Of a stretch of 64,000 nucleotides of DNA, positions 27,735-36,522 are shown piece after piece. The stretch comes from Cyclobacteriaceae bacterium (GTDB taxonomy: Bacteria > Bacteroidota > Bacteroidia > Cytophagales > Cyclobacteriaceae), in contig JBGSYX010000088.1 of the NCBI GenBank assembly GCA_041750735.1, forward strand, positions 1,346 to 65,345. Direction: 5' to 3'. The stretch's first letter is position 1; every line of letters begins with the position of its first letter. A program made the position numbers and the translations under genes. Under the pieces are notes generated by a model, which was not told where the DNA came from, made no database searches, and saw nothing but the letters and a program-made list of their open reading frames with translations.

Positions 27735-28433
27735 CTACTCTTCTATCGCAAGCATAAAGCCAACACCGTGATGGTTGATTATTTTAATCCTTTCATCAGA
27801 TGACAGATGTTTGCGCAGGCGTGTAATGAAAACGTCAAGTGAACGACCGCTGAAATAATCATCATTTCCCCATACAGCCTCGAGAATCGATTTACGGGTC
27901 ACCACATCGTTTTTCCTGTCACAAAGATATTTAAGGATATTGACTTCCATACGTGTTAACGTTTTTTCTTCATGCGCCGATCGGATAATCAGGTTTTTCG
28001 GCTCAAAAACCAGGTCTCCAAGTGTATATACATGATCACTAACCACTTGCTCTATGCCTGATCGCCTCAAAAATACCCGGATGCGCATCAGCAACTCCTC
28101 GATGCTGAATGGCTTGGTGATATAATCATCGCCGCCAATCTGAAAACCGCGGAGTTTGTCTTCCTTCATCGTCTTCGCCGTAAGAAACAACAACGGGATA
28201 TTTTTGTTCCGTTCCCTGATGGCTGCAGCAAGAGCAAAGCCATCCATTTTCGGCATCATTACATCGAGAATACACAACTGATAATTACCGGCATCAAAAA
28301 GCATCAGGGCTTCCTCACCATTCTGATACAAATCCACCTGAAATCCATGCTGCTCCAGGTTATCGCGAATCACGAAACCGAGATTTGCATCGTCCTCCGC
28401 CAGCAATATCCTTACATTATCAGCCATTGGCAA
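27735..28433 (-). CDS. OmpR/PhoB-family response regulator
   Basis: The product has a receiver domain (ILLAEDD, ILDVMMPKMDG, LTAK) and a winged-helix output (LTRMEVNILKYL..GVGFML). It overlaps the upstream kinase gene. Confidence 0.9.
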   Translation of the reverse strand: MPMADNVRILLAEDDANLGFVIRDNLEQHGFQVDLYQNGEEALMLFDAGNYQLCILDVMMPKMDGFALAAAIRERNKNIPLLFLTAKTMKEDKLRGFQIGGDDYITKPFSIEELLMRIRVFLRRSGIEQVVSDHVYTLGDLVFEPKNLIIRSAHEEKTLTRMEVNILKYLCDRKNDVVTRKSILEAVWGNDDYFSGRSLDVFITRLRKHLSSDERIKIINHHGVGFMLAIEE

Positions 28434-29691
28434 TCGGTATTTTTAATGTAAATGTGCTGCCCTTGCCGGTTTCACTGTTCACGAAAATTTTGCCCCCATG
28501 GAGTTTAAGAACATTTTTTACATAATGAAGACCAAGGCCAAATCCTTTGCTGTTATGCACATTGCCTTGTTGAATCCTGAAAAACTTGGAAAAAATCTTC
28601 TTCTGAAATGCCTTTGGAATGCCAATGCCGTTATCCTGAATCTCAATAAAAACGTGCTTTTCGCTGTTGAATGTGCGGATGTGAATCGCAGGCGTGCTGT
28701 CGGTATATTTTACAGCATTGTCGAGCAGGTTCTTTATGCTGTTTGAAATATGGATTTTATCGGCTTTTACTATTGGGTTTTCCGCATTACACTCCATGGA
28801 AATATTATCGCCCGGAAGCCTGATTTTAAATTTTTCAATTTCATTCGCTACGAGCGAATTCAAGTCAGTCAATTCCAGATTCATGGACAATTTGCTTTCC
28901 TCGATCAACGTAGCCTGGAGGATATTTTCCACCTGGCTGAATAGCCGGTTGCTCTCTTCCTGGATAATTTTGGCATAGTTTACCAGCCTAGGGATATCCT
29001 TGGCTATGGCTGGATCACGCAGCACGTCTGATGAAAGGATAATCGTAGAAATAGGGGTTCGGAACTCGTGCGTCATATTATTGATGAACTGCTTCTGGGT
29101 TTCAGATAATCTCCTCTGGTTGAAAATCACATAAAGCGCATATGCGAAAAAAATGAGTACCACCAGCAGTACGCCCGATGAAAATATCCAAATACCCATT
29201 TGGCCTAGCAACGTATTGTCTTTGGTGGGAAATAGCACGCCGAAATAATAATCGTTGTCATCCCAGGGTGGCGGTTCAAACGTGCGGCGCGATTTCCGGG
29301 AAGATGACTCGTCGAGATTCACAAAGTTCCCAAACACCATCTTTGCATTGACGCAATCGTAAATTCCGTATTCGAAATCGAGCTTCAAATCGCGTAGTGC
29401 AAATTCATTGATGAGCATGGTTTCGAGGAGCCCTGCGTGGATTTCCGCGTTCACCATCACCACGTAATAATTGGAAGAAAGCTGCTCCACGGGATTCATC
29501 TGGGGAATTGGCCTATTATTATAAACCAGGAGTTGGTCGGCCACATTGCGCAGCGCAATGCTCACGGTCTGGTTGAACTGCTTTTCCCGTATATCAAAAG
29601 CTTTAGAAAACCAATAAATTTGAATGGCTACAATACCAACCAGCGAACTGATTGCCAGGATGAGGATATATCGCAGGGTAAGGCGTTTCAC
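28420..29691 (-). CDS. Sensor histidine kinase
   Basis: The 423-aa product has two TM segments, an H-box (HEFRTPIS), an N-box (LDNAVKY), a G1 box (DNGIGI) and a G2 box (GFGLGL). Confidence 0.9.
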   Translation of the reverse strand: MKRLTLRYILILAISSLVGIVAIQIYWFSKAFDIREKQFNQTVSIALRNVADQLLVYNNRPIPQMNPVEQLSSNYYVVMVNAEIHAGLLETMLINEFALRDLKLDFEYGIYDCVNAKMVFGNFVNLDESSSRKSRRTFEPPPWDDNDYYFGVLFPTKDNTLLGQMGIWIFSSGVLLVVLIFFAYALYVIFNQRRLSETQKQFINNMTHEFRTPISTIILSSDVLRDPAIAKDIPRLVNYAKIIQEESNRLFSQVENILQATLIEESKLSMNLELTDLNSLVANEIEKFKIRLPGDNISMECNAENPIVKADKIHISNSIKNLLDNAVKYTDSTPAIHIRTFNSEKHVFIEIQDNGIGIPKAFQKKIFSKFFRIQQGNVHNSKGFGLGLHYVKNVLKLHGGKIFVNSETGKGSTFTLKIPIANG

Positions 29692-29825
29692 AGTGCTAAA
29701 TTAGCTTGTTTTGTCATGATCGGGCCAACTTTAACTTTTCATTAACAAAAATTACAAATCCATTAACAGACTTATTCGTTTATAATTGAGACTTTTGAAT
29801 CACTTCTAATCTAACTTTAATAAAA

Positions 29826-30239
29826 ATGAAAAAAGTATTTCTTATTGCCGGACTGATTTTCGGTGTTCTTTCAATGTCATTAGCACAGAGTACTGAAATT
29901 GCTACAGGCAGCCCTGGTTCTATGGCCAAGTTTACCTGGGAAAAAACAACCCATGACTTTGCAAAGATCGATCAGGGAAAACCGGTTACAATAGATTTTA
30001 TTTTTACTAATGCAGGTACTGTGCCATTAGTGATCAGTGGTGTGCGGGGTTCGTGCGGCTGTACTGTGACTGATTATACCAAAGAACCAATAGCTCCGGG
30101 CAAAAAAGGCAGCGTAAAAGCAACATTCAATGCTGCTGCTCTCGGCGCATTTAATAAAAGTATCCGCGTAACAGCCAATGTTGAAGGCGGCGCCGAAACC
30201 TTGTATATCAAGGGTGAGGTGGTTTCAGCAACCAAATAA
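29826..30239 (+). CDS. DUF1573 domain-containing secreted protein
   Basis: The 137-aa product has a signal peptide. The pattern F.FTNAGTVPLVISGVRGSCGCTV..YTKEPIAPGKKGSVKATF is typical of DUF1573. Confidence 0.75.
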   Translation: MKKVFLIAGLIFGVLSMSLAQSTEIATGSPGSMAKFTWEKTTHDFAKIDQGKPVTIDFIFTNAGTVPLVISGVRGSCGCTVTDYTKEPIAPGKKGSVKATFNAAALGAFNKSIRVTANVEGGAETLYIKGEVVSATK

Positions 30240-30263
30240 AAGTTCCACCATCAAAAATCGTTG

Positions 30264-30293
30264 AAGGTCTCATGTGGGTGAGACCTTTTTTTT
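30264..30293 (+). terminator. Intrinsic terminator after the DUF1573 gene
   Basis: AAGGTCTCA pairs with TGAGACCTT around a 6-nt loop and is followed by T8. Confidence 0.85.
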
Positions 30294-30326
30294 GACTTTA
30301 AAATTTAATATCGAAAAACAGTTTCT

Positions 30327-30334
30327 TACTTTTG
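30327..30334 (+). promoter_or_regulatory. -7 promoter box TACTTTTG for tRNA-Val
   Basis: This matches the Bacteroidota TAnnTTTG consensus and ends 10 nt before the first tRNA nucleotide. Confidence 0.55.
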
Positions 30335-30344
30335 ACCCCGATTT

Positions 30345-30419
30345 GGGTTGTTAGCTCAGTTGGTTTAGAGCACTGCCTTGACAGGGCAGGGGTCGCTAGT
30401 TCGAATCTAGTACAACCCA
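30345..30419 (+). tRNA. tRNA-Val (anticodon GAC)
   Basis: A full cloverleaf can be drawn by hand. The acceptor stem is GGGTTGT/ACAACCC, the D-arm GCTC..GAGC and the anticodon stem CTGCC/GGCAG with loop TTGACAG. The T-arm has TTCGAAT and the discriminator is A. No CCA is encoded. Confidence 0.93.
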
Positions 30420-30423
30420 CAAG

Positions 30424-30450
30424 GGCCTCATGGAAAATGAGGCCTTTTTT
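30424..30450 (+). terminator. Intrinsic terminator after tRNA-Val
   Basis: GGCCTCAT pairs with ATGAGGCC around a 5-nt loop and is followed by T6. It abuts the stop codon of the convergent methyltransferase gene. Confidence 0.85.
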
Positions 30451-31051
30451 ATTGCCCGCCTTGTTTATGGCCAGTCAACCTGATCACTACTGCTTCTCCC
30501 TGGTGGTATGGGCCTTCATTCAATACTATCATCTCTTCCTGACATTGACTGAATTGGATCGATGGAAATTGATGTTGCATCTCATCTGCCGAATACAATA
30601 AATCCGGATCCTTTGGGCCGCCTGAACTTCTCCCGAGCTGGTTAACACTAAAAGCTTCCATGATCAGGGTTCCGCCGGGTTTCAGAAATTGGATAAATCG
30701 CGTGAATAATACTTTCCGTTGATGACTGTCAAAGTGTGTGAATATCAGCGCGAGTGCATCAAATTGTTGATCAGTTGTAAAATCCATTGCGTCACATACC
30801 TGATAATTTATACTGACTCCTACGCTTTCGGCATAGGCGAGGGCCTTTTTTCTGCCTTCCTCACTAAAGTCAAACGCCGTGACCTGCCATCCTTGCGTCG
30901 CTGCAAATACAGCGTTTCTACCTTCACCTTCTGCCGGAAGCAGAATTTTTCCTGGCTTTAAAAGCAATAATTGATTCGCCAAATATTCATTGGCAGATTT
31001 CCCGTAGGCATATTCAGGTTGCCGGTATCGCTCATTCCAGGTTTCTTTCAT
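30449..31051 (-). CDS. Class I SAM-dependent methyltransferase
   Basis: The 200-aa product has a motif-I-like segment ILLPAEGEGRNAVFAA and a post-I acidic residue (VTAFDFS). Its size is that of a small-molecule methyltransferase. Confidence 0.7.
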   Translation of the reverse strand: MKETWNERYRQPEYAYGKSANEYLANQLLLLKPGKILLPAEGEGRNAVFAATQGWQVTAFDFSEEGRKKALAYAESVGVSINYQVCDAMDFTTDQQFDALALIFTHFDSHQRKVLFTRFIQFLKPGGTLIMEAFSVNQLGRSSGGPKDPDLLYSADEMQHQFPSIQFSQCQEEMIVLNEGPYHQGEAVVIRLTGHKQGGQ

Positions 31052-31073
31052 GGAGATTTAATAATTAAAATTG

Positions 31074-32084
31074 CTACTTATCCTTAAATATCAGTACCAC
31101 CGGTTGATCATCTTTACCAATGTATCCCCGAAACATTCCAGCGCTGTTGAAGGAGATCATAATATTCCCTTTTGTATCCAGTCCAACCACGCCACCTTCA
31201 CCGCCCATTTTCAAGAGTTTTTCATGAATCACCATGTCAGCCGCTTGCTGAATGCTGAGCCCTTTGTATTCCATCAGGGCCGAAATATCATGGGTTACTA
31301 CGGCACGCATAAAAAATTCTCCATGCCCGGTAGCGCTCAGCCCACATGTGCTATTATTTGCATAGGTTCCTGCGCCGATTATCGGGGTATCTCCAATACG
31401 CCCAAATCGTTTATTAGTCATGCCGCCGGTAGATGTGCCTACAAAAATATTTCCTTGCTGATCCAACGCTACAGCGCCCACAGTGCCGAATTTGAAATCC
31501 GGATGTTGAGTGTTATTGAATCCCTGACCTTCTCTTTCCTTTTCCTGAACCTTCTTTAATTGATCGTAGCGCTTTTGGGTAAAGAAATATGATGAATCCA
31601 CCATAATTATTCCCTGGCTTTTAGCAAATTCTTCCGCTCCTTCGCCATAAAGCAGCACATGCTGGGAATTTGACATGACGGCTATGGCAGCATCGATCGG
31701 GTTTTTAATATGCCTGACACCTGAAACTGCGCCGGCTTTTAGGGTAGCGCCATCCATCACAGCTGCATCGAGTTCATTCGTTCCAGCGTTTGTGAAGACT
31801 GCCCCTTTTCCAGCATTGAACAAGGGTGAATCTTCCATGATGTGGATCACTGCCTGCACCGCTTCCAGGCTGCTCCCTCCCTTTTTCAAAATATCGTATC
31901 CAAGATTCAGTGCTTTGGTCATCACTTCACGGTACTGTACTTCCAGCGAACCGGGAATATTCTCTTTCGTTACATTGCCCGCTCCGCCGTGTAACACAAG
32001 CGCAATATTTTGGGCGTTCAACCCATTAAAAAAATTGTGCATCAAAAAGAATACGCAACACGTAAATACAATTATGTTCTTCAT
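31074..32084 (-). CDS. Isoaspartyl peptidase / plant-type L-asparaginase (Ntn hydrolase), secreted
   Basis: The 336-aa product has a signal peptide, the motif LVLHGGAG, an autoprocessing site (GTVGAVALD) and GAGTYA. Confidence 0.88.
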   Translation of the reverse strand: MKNIIVFTCCVFFLMHNFFNGLNAQNIALVLHGGAGNVTKENIPGSLEVQYREVMTKALNLGYDILKKGGSSLEAVQAVIHIMEDSPLFNAGKGAVFTNAGTNELDAAVMDGATLKAGAVSGVRHIKNPIDAAIAVMSNSQHVLLYGEGAEEFAKSQGIIMVDSSYFFTQKRYDQLKKVQEKEREGQGFNNTQHPDFKFGTVGAVALDQQGNIFVGTSTGGMTNKRFGRIGDTPIIGAGTYANNSTCGLSATGHGEFFMRAVVTHDISALMEYKGLSIQQAADMVIHEKLLKMGGEGGVVGLDTKGNIMISFNSAGMFRGYIGKDDQPVVLIFKDK

Positions 32085-32244
32085 TTATTGAAAGTTATAT
32101 GTACTCACAAATCATAACTCACTGTAAACATGACACCAAGTATCGTGTTTAAAAAACTAAAATAAGATAATTTTTTGTTAACAAATCTTGTCCTATTTTT
32201 GGGCCTTTATAAAAAAACGGGATTGTATCTAAATCGAATTTGCA

Positions 32245-32628
32245 ATGGGAAATGAAGAAAAAATGGCCTACTCGCCATCGGAACTGAAAGAGTTTGAGGA
32301 ACTTATTCTCAACAAGCTCGAGAAAGCGCGTACCGAATACAACATTTTGAAAGCCACACTCAGTAAGGATGATGATAGTGGTACGGATTCCACCTCTGCC
32401 TATGTGAAGGTGTTGGAAGATGGCGCTGAAACTGCTGAGAAGGAAAGCATGAGTCAGCTTGCATCGCGCCAGCTCAAATTCATAACTAACCTTGAAAATG
32501 CACTCATCCGTATAAAAAACGGCACCTATGGGGTGTGCGTTGATACTGGTGTGCTTATTCCAAAAGATAGACTGCGCGCAGTGCCTCATACCATGCATTG
32601 CATAGAAGCAAAACTCAACAGGAAATAA
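32245..32628 (+). CDS. DksA/TraR-family protein with a two-cysteine (CxxT-x17-CxxA) finger
   Basis: The 127-aa product has a coiled-coil N-terminal part. The C-terminus reads NGTYGVCVDTGVLIPKDRLRAVPHTMHCIEAK. Confidence 0.75.
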   Translation: MGNEEKMAYSPSELKEFEELILNKLEKARTEYNILKATLSKDDDSGTDSTSAYVKVLEDGAETAEKESMSQLASRQLKFITNLENALIRIKNGTYGVCVDTGVLIPKDRLRAVPHTMHCIEAKLNRK

Positions 32629-32629
32629 G

Positions 32630-33193
32630 TTGGACTTTCTGGTCAATCATGTCGAAGCATTAATCTTTTGTACTCCACAGCCACTTAAGAATGTGGAGAT
32701 TCAGCAATGCCTTTCCGAAATGTTTGATGCAACTGTACCAATAGAAGATATTGATTCTGCCATACTTGGAATAACTCAGAAATTTTCTGCTGATGAGTTT
32801 TCGTTCGAATTGCTAAAAACATCCGGCGGTTATCAGTTTTTCACCAAACCTGCTTATCAGGCGAGTATTAGCATACTTCTGAAGCAGCAATCCAGGCGAC
32901 GTCTTTCAACCTCCTCCATGGAAACACTTTCGATTATTGCCTACAGGCAACCAATCACCAAATCGGAAGTGGAGAAAATCAGAGGGGTAAACTGCGACTA
33001 TGCCATTCAAAGACTCCTCGAGAAAGAACTCATTAAAATCCATGGTAAGTCGGAAACGGTTGGTCGCCCGCTCATCTATGGGACTTCTGCGAAATTCATG
33101 GAATATTTTGGCATTAACGATCTGAAAGATCTGCCAACCATAAAGGATTTTGCTGAAGAAGAAAACACCATCGGCGAACAGACTGAATCCTGA
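32630..33193 (+). CDS. scpB: Segregation and condensation protein B
   Basis: The 187-aa product has the motifs VEALIF, GGYQF, LETLSIIAYRQPITKSEVEKIRGV and GRPLIYGTS. It has a TTG start 1 nt after the dksA-like stop. Confidence 0.9.
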   Translation: MDFLVNHVEALIFCTPQPLKNVEIQQCLSEMFDATVPIEDIDSAILGITQKFSADEFSFELLKTSGGYQFFTKPAYQASISILLKQQSRRRLSTSSMETLSIIAYRQPITKSEVEKIRGVNCDYAIQRLLEKELIKIHGKSETVGRPLIYGTSAKFMEYFGINDLKDLPTIKDFAEEENTIGEQTES

Positions 33194-33212
33194 ACCCGAA
33201 AATTGCACTCCT

Positions 33213-34001
33213 ATGAATCCCGGTAGAAAACCACCCAGAAAAGGCCCTATCCGCAAAAGTACCCCTGTAGAAATACCAAAAAGGCCATCCGCTGAGGTGA
33301 CCCGATTGAACAGGTACATTGCACAGTCAGGTATTTGCAGTAGGCGCGAAGCAGACGAACTCATTAAGTTGGGTAAAGTGCGTGTCAATAATACGCTGGT
33401 TACCGAAATGGGATATAAAGTTCAACCGGGCGACAAGGTGTATTATGAGAATAAACTGCTATCAAAGGAGCAATTCCGCTATGTGTTGCTTAACAAGCCA
33501 AAAGACTTTATCACCACTACCGACGATCCTGATGAACGGAAAACAGTGATGCAACTCGTGTCCAAAGCGTGTCCGGAGCGAATCTATCCTGTTGGCCGAC
33601 TCGACAGAAACACAACTGGCGTATTGTTACTTACCAATGATGGTGAATTGTCAAAAAAGCTGACACACCCTTCGCATGAAGTTGTAAAAGTGTACCAGAT
33701 TGAAATCAATGAACCGATCACCGAAGAAGATTTTTTAAAGATTAAGGACGGATTTGAACTGGAAGACGGATTCATCAAAGCTGATGAAATAGCCACTCTG
33801 GACGACGAAGGACGACACCTCGGTTTGCAACTTCACAGCGGAAGAAACCGGATCGTACGGAGGATTTTTGAAGCCCTCGGTTATGAAGTAGTGAAGCTGG
33901 ACCGTGTACTGTTTGCCGGCCTCACAAAGCGCGACCTGCCTCGCGGCAAATGGCGCTTTCTCTCCGCTAAGGAGGTAATCCTGCTCAAACACCTCAAGTA
34001 G
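33213..34001 (+). CDS. rluB: rRNA pseudouridine synthase (RluB/RsuA family) with S4 domain
   Basis: The product has an S4 domain (RLNRYIAQSGICSRREADELI) and the catalytic motif GRLDRNTTGVLLLTNDG. The ORF-track start at 33150 overlaps scpB, so I prefer the ATG at 33213. Confidence 0.88.
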   Translation: MNPGRKPPRKGPIRKSTPVEIPKRPSAEVTRLNRYIAQSGICSRREADELIKLGKVRVNNTLVTEMGYKVQPGDKVYYENKLLSKEQFRYVLLNKPKDFITTTDDPDERKTVMQLVSKACPERIYPVGRLDRNTTGVLLLTNDGELSKKLTHPSHEVVKVYQIEINEPITEEDFLKIKDGFELEDGFIKADEIATLDDEGRHLGLQLHSGRNRIVRRIFEALGYEVVKLDRVLFAGLTKRDLPRGKWRFLSAKEVILLKHLK

Positions 34002-34048
34002 TTTTATTTATACCGACGTAGCGGTATTCCTATTTCATAATAGAAATA

Positions 34049-34066
34049 TAGTATGCATGCATACTA
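34049..34066. repeat. Perfect 18-bp palindrome TAGTATGCATGCATACTA
   Basis: Read directly from the sequence. It is intergenic, between rluB and the tRNA-Phe terminator. Confidence 0.9.
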
Positions 34067-34111
34067 ATAAATGAAATATTCTTAACTTCATTGCTGAATT
34101 TCCAAAGGAGG

Positions 34112-34145
34112 TAAAAAGAAAAAGGACTCCTTGAGGGAGTCCTTT
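34112..34145 (-). terminator. Intrinsic terminator after tRNA-Phe (possibly bidirectional, also serving rluB)
   Basis: A 10-bp stem (AAAGGACTCC paired with GGAGTCCTTT) encloses a 5-nt loop. The minus strand continues TTCTTTTTAC. Confidence 0.8.
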
Positions 34146-34152
34146 CGTGTTG

Positions 34153-34225
34153 TGGTGATGAGTGGATTCGAACCACCGACTCACGGATTTTCAGTCCGAT
34201 GCTCTACCAACTGAGCTACATCACC
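34153..34225 (-). tRNA. tRNA-Phe (anticodon GAA)
   Basis: The reverse complement GGTGATGTAGCTCAGTTGGTAGAGCATCGGACTGAAAATCCGTGAGTCGGTGGTTCGAATCCACTCATCACCA folds as a cloverleaf with anticodon loop CTGAAAA. Confidence 0.93.
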
Positions 34226-34239
34226 TCCAAATGAGGTTG

Positions 34240-34247
34240 CAAAAGTA
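34240..34247 (-). promoter_or_regulatory. -7 promoter box TACTTTTG for tRNA-Phe
   Basis: The minus strand reads TACTTTTG, ending 14 nt upstream of the tRNA 5' end. It is the same octamer as at tRNA-Val. Confidence 0.5.
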
Positions 34248-34260
34248 GGCAAATATTTGT

Positions 34261-35649
34261 TTGACGCAAACTATTGAAAAAGATTTTGATATACCTGCAA
34301 GCATGATACTACTTCACCAAATTGGCTTTCTTCTGGCTGTGCTGATCGCCGCCTATTTTTTCTTCAGCCGCTTGTATCGAATAAGGCAGAATATCCTAAT
34401 GGGCCGTGAGCTAGACAGGACAGATCAACCAAAACTGCGGTGGAAACGGGTATTCCTCATTGCTTTCGGACAGAAAAAAATGTTCAAAAAACCCATACCT
34501 GCCTTGCTTCACCTGCTGGTATATATGGGCTTTTTGATCATCAATATAGAAGGGATCGAATTCTTCCTCGATGGTATCACCGGCAGACACCGAACCATTG
34601 CACGACTGTTGGAGAAATGGGATTTTACCATATTCTATACCATCACGCTAAATCTCTTTGAGTTTCTTGCCGCCGGAGTGATACTCGCCTGCGTGGTTTT
34701 CCTGATCCGGAGAAATATTCTGGGCGTTAAGCGCTTCAGCGGAATAGAAATGACGCGTTGGCCAAAATTAGATGCCAACCTGATCCTCATTTTTGAAATA
34801 CTGCTCATGTTTGCCATCCTGTCGATGAATGCAGCGGATCAGATTCTGCAGGAAAGAAATGTGATTGGATTCCCAAAAACCGGCACTATGCTATTCAGCG
34901 ACTTTTTTGCTAGACCATTTTACGAAAATCTCAGCACAACGATTCTTATTGTCATTGAGCGTACAGCCTGGTGGACGCACATCGTTGGTATCTTTAGCTT
35001 TGCCGTTTATGTCACTTATTCAAAGCATCTGCACACATTCATGGCATTTCCCAACACCTATTATTCCAATCTCGAACCGGCTGGAAAAATTATGAATATG
35101 CCGGAAGTAACCAGGGAAGTTCGCAGTATGCTCGGAATGCCGCAGGAAGGCGATGAGTCGCCTGGAAATACGGTAGGGCGGCTCGGCGCAAAGGATGTCG
35201 GGGATCTTACCTGGAAAAACCTGATGGATGCCTATACCTGTACGGAGTGCGGACGTTGCACAAGCCAATGCCCGGCAAACCAGACCGGGAAGAAACTCTC
35301 TCCGCGAAAAATCATGATGGATACCCGCGATCGCACAGAAGTACTGGGAGATTTAAAGGCCAAATACGGCAAAGATCATGATGATGGTAAGAGTATGCTG
35401 GACGATTATATTACCCGTGAAGAACTATTTGCCTGTACATCATGCAACGCCTGCGTCGAAGCATGTCCGGTGATGATCGATCCGCTATCGATCATACTGC
35501 AATTGCGGCGCTACCTGGCAATGGAGGAATCAGGCGCTCATCAGGAATGGAACGCTATGTTTTCAAACATAGAAAATAACTTTTCCCCATGGAAATTTGC
35601 CGCTTCCGACCGCTTCAATTGGGCTAATGACTTATCAGAAAAACGATGA
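34261..35649 (+). CDS. Membrane-anchored (Fe-S)-binding protein: polytopic N-terminal domain fused to a 2x[4Fe-4S] ferredoxin domain
   Basis: In the 462-aa product the first ~270 aa are hydrophobic, with at least 5 TM-length stretches. These are followed by CTECGRCTSQCP and CTSCNACVEACP. The ORF-track start is TTG and an alternative ATG lies at 34303. Confidence 0.8.
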   Translation: MTQTIEKDFDIPASMILLHQIGFLLAVLIAAYFFFSRLYRIRQNILMGRELDRTDQPKLRWKRVFLIAFGQKKMFKKPIPALLHLLVYMGFLIINIEGIEFFLDGITGRHRTIARLLEKWDFTIFYTITLNLFEFLAAGVILACVVFLIRRNILGVKRFSGIEMTRWPKLDANLILIFEILLMFAILSMNAADQILQERNVIGFPKTGTMLFSDFFARPFYENLSTTILIVIERTAWWTHIVGIFSFAVYVTYSKHLHTFMAFPNTYYSNLEPAGKIMNMPEVTREVRSMLGMPQEGDESPGNTVGRLGAKDVGDLTWKNLMDAYTCTECGRCTSQCPANQTGKKLSPRKIMMDTRDRTEVLGDLKAKYGKDHDDGKSMLDDYITREELFACTSCNACVEACPVMIDPLSIILQLRRYLAMEESGAHQEWNAMFSNIENNFSPWKFAASDRFNWANDLSEKR

Positions 35650-36455
35650 CAGAACATAAGAAACCGGAAGGTGTGGTTACTATGGCCGAATTTACGGCCA
35701 AAAGCGAATCACCGGAAATATTGCTTTGGATTGGGTGTGCCGGGGCGTATGACGAGCGATACAAAAAGGTAGTTCGGGCACTTGTGAGGCTATTGCAAAT
35801 GGCCGAGGTTACGTTTGGCGTGCTGGGCCCGGAAGAAACATGCACGGGTGATCCCGCCAGAAGAGCCGGTAATGAGTTCCTCTTCCAGATGCAGGCCATG
35901 GCCAACATTCAGGTGTTGAACGGCTATGGCGTCAAAACAATCCTGACGGCCTGTCCGCATTGCTTCAACACCTTTAAAAATGAATACCCCGAGCTTGGTG
36001 GGGTTTATGAGGTTTTTCATCACACTCAATATCTGACCACGTTACTTAATGAAGGCCGGCTACATATTGATGAAAATTCAACAGAATCGGGCCTGAAAGT
36101 ATCCTACCACGACAGTTGCTACTTAGGTAGGAGCAATGGCATTTATGATGAGCCGCGCAAATTATTGGAATTTATCCATGCTGAAAAAGTTGAAATGGAG
36201 CGGCATGGGAAAAATGCGTTTTGTTGCGGAGCCGGTGGAGCTCAAATGTTTAAGGAACCGGAAAAAGGCCACAAAGACATCAATATAGAGCGAACCGAAG
36301 AAGCCCTGAGTACCGGGGCGAAGGTCATCGCCACAGCCTGCCCGTTTTGTATGACCATGCTTTCGGATGGCATCAAGAACAAAGAGATGGAAGAAACAGT
36401 TAAAGTGATGGATGTGGCAGAATTGCTACTTCAGTCCAAAAACACAAAGCAATAA
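35646..36455 (+). CDS. Cysteine-rich CCG-domain (Fe-S)-binding protein (HdrD/GlpC/LutA-like C-terminal module)
   Basis: The 269-aa product has two Cys-rich half-domains (GCAGAY...TACPHCFNTF and DSCYLGR...FCCGAGG...TACPFCMTML). It overlaps the upstream gene by 4 nt (ATGA). Confidence 0.8.
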   Translation: MTEHKKPEGVVTMAEFTAKSESPEILLWIGCAGAYDERYKKVVRALVRLLQMAEVTFGVLGPEETCTGDPARRAGNEFLFQMQAMANIQVLNGYGVKTILTACPHCFNTFKNEYPELGGVYEVFHHTQYLTTLLNEGRLHIDENSTESGLKVSYHDSCYLGRSNGIYDEPRKLLEFIHAEKVEMERHGKNAFCCGAGGAQMFKEPEKGHKDINIERTEEALSTGAKVIATACPFCMTMLSDGIKNKEMEETVKVMDVAELLLQSKNTKQ

Positions 36456-36522
36456 TGTATTAGTTTTGTTGACCATGAAATAAATGGTCAAAAATCCATA
36501 GATCAATATTAACCAAAAAGCA

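Noticed and set aside
31071-32091. Two plus-strand ORFs (162 aa and 138 aa) opposite the asparaginase gene.
   Set aside because: The minus-strand ORF has the HGGAG and GTVGAVALD Ntn-hydrolase signatures. The plus-strand ORFs are Ser/Pro/Ala-rich shadows.
32149-32646. A 165-aa minus-strand ORF covering the dksA-like gene.
   Set aside because: It has no recognisable motif. The plus-strand ORF carries the DksA/TraR C-terminal signature and sits in an operon with scpB, so the antisense ORF is taken as spurious.
36469-36491. The hairpin TTGACCAT-gaaataa-ATGGTCAA after the CCG-domain gene, considered as a terminator.
   Set aside because: It is followed by an A-run rather than a T-run on the plus strand, and it lies downstream of a TAGTTTTG box. 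It is ambiguous between a weak terminator and a leader structure of the 163-aa gene, so it is not called.
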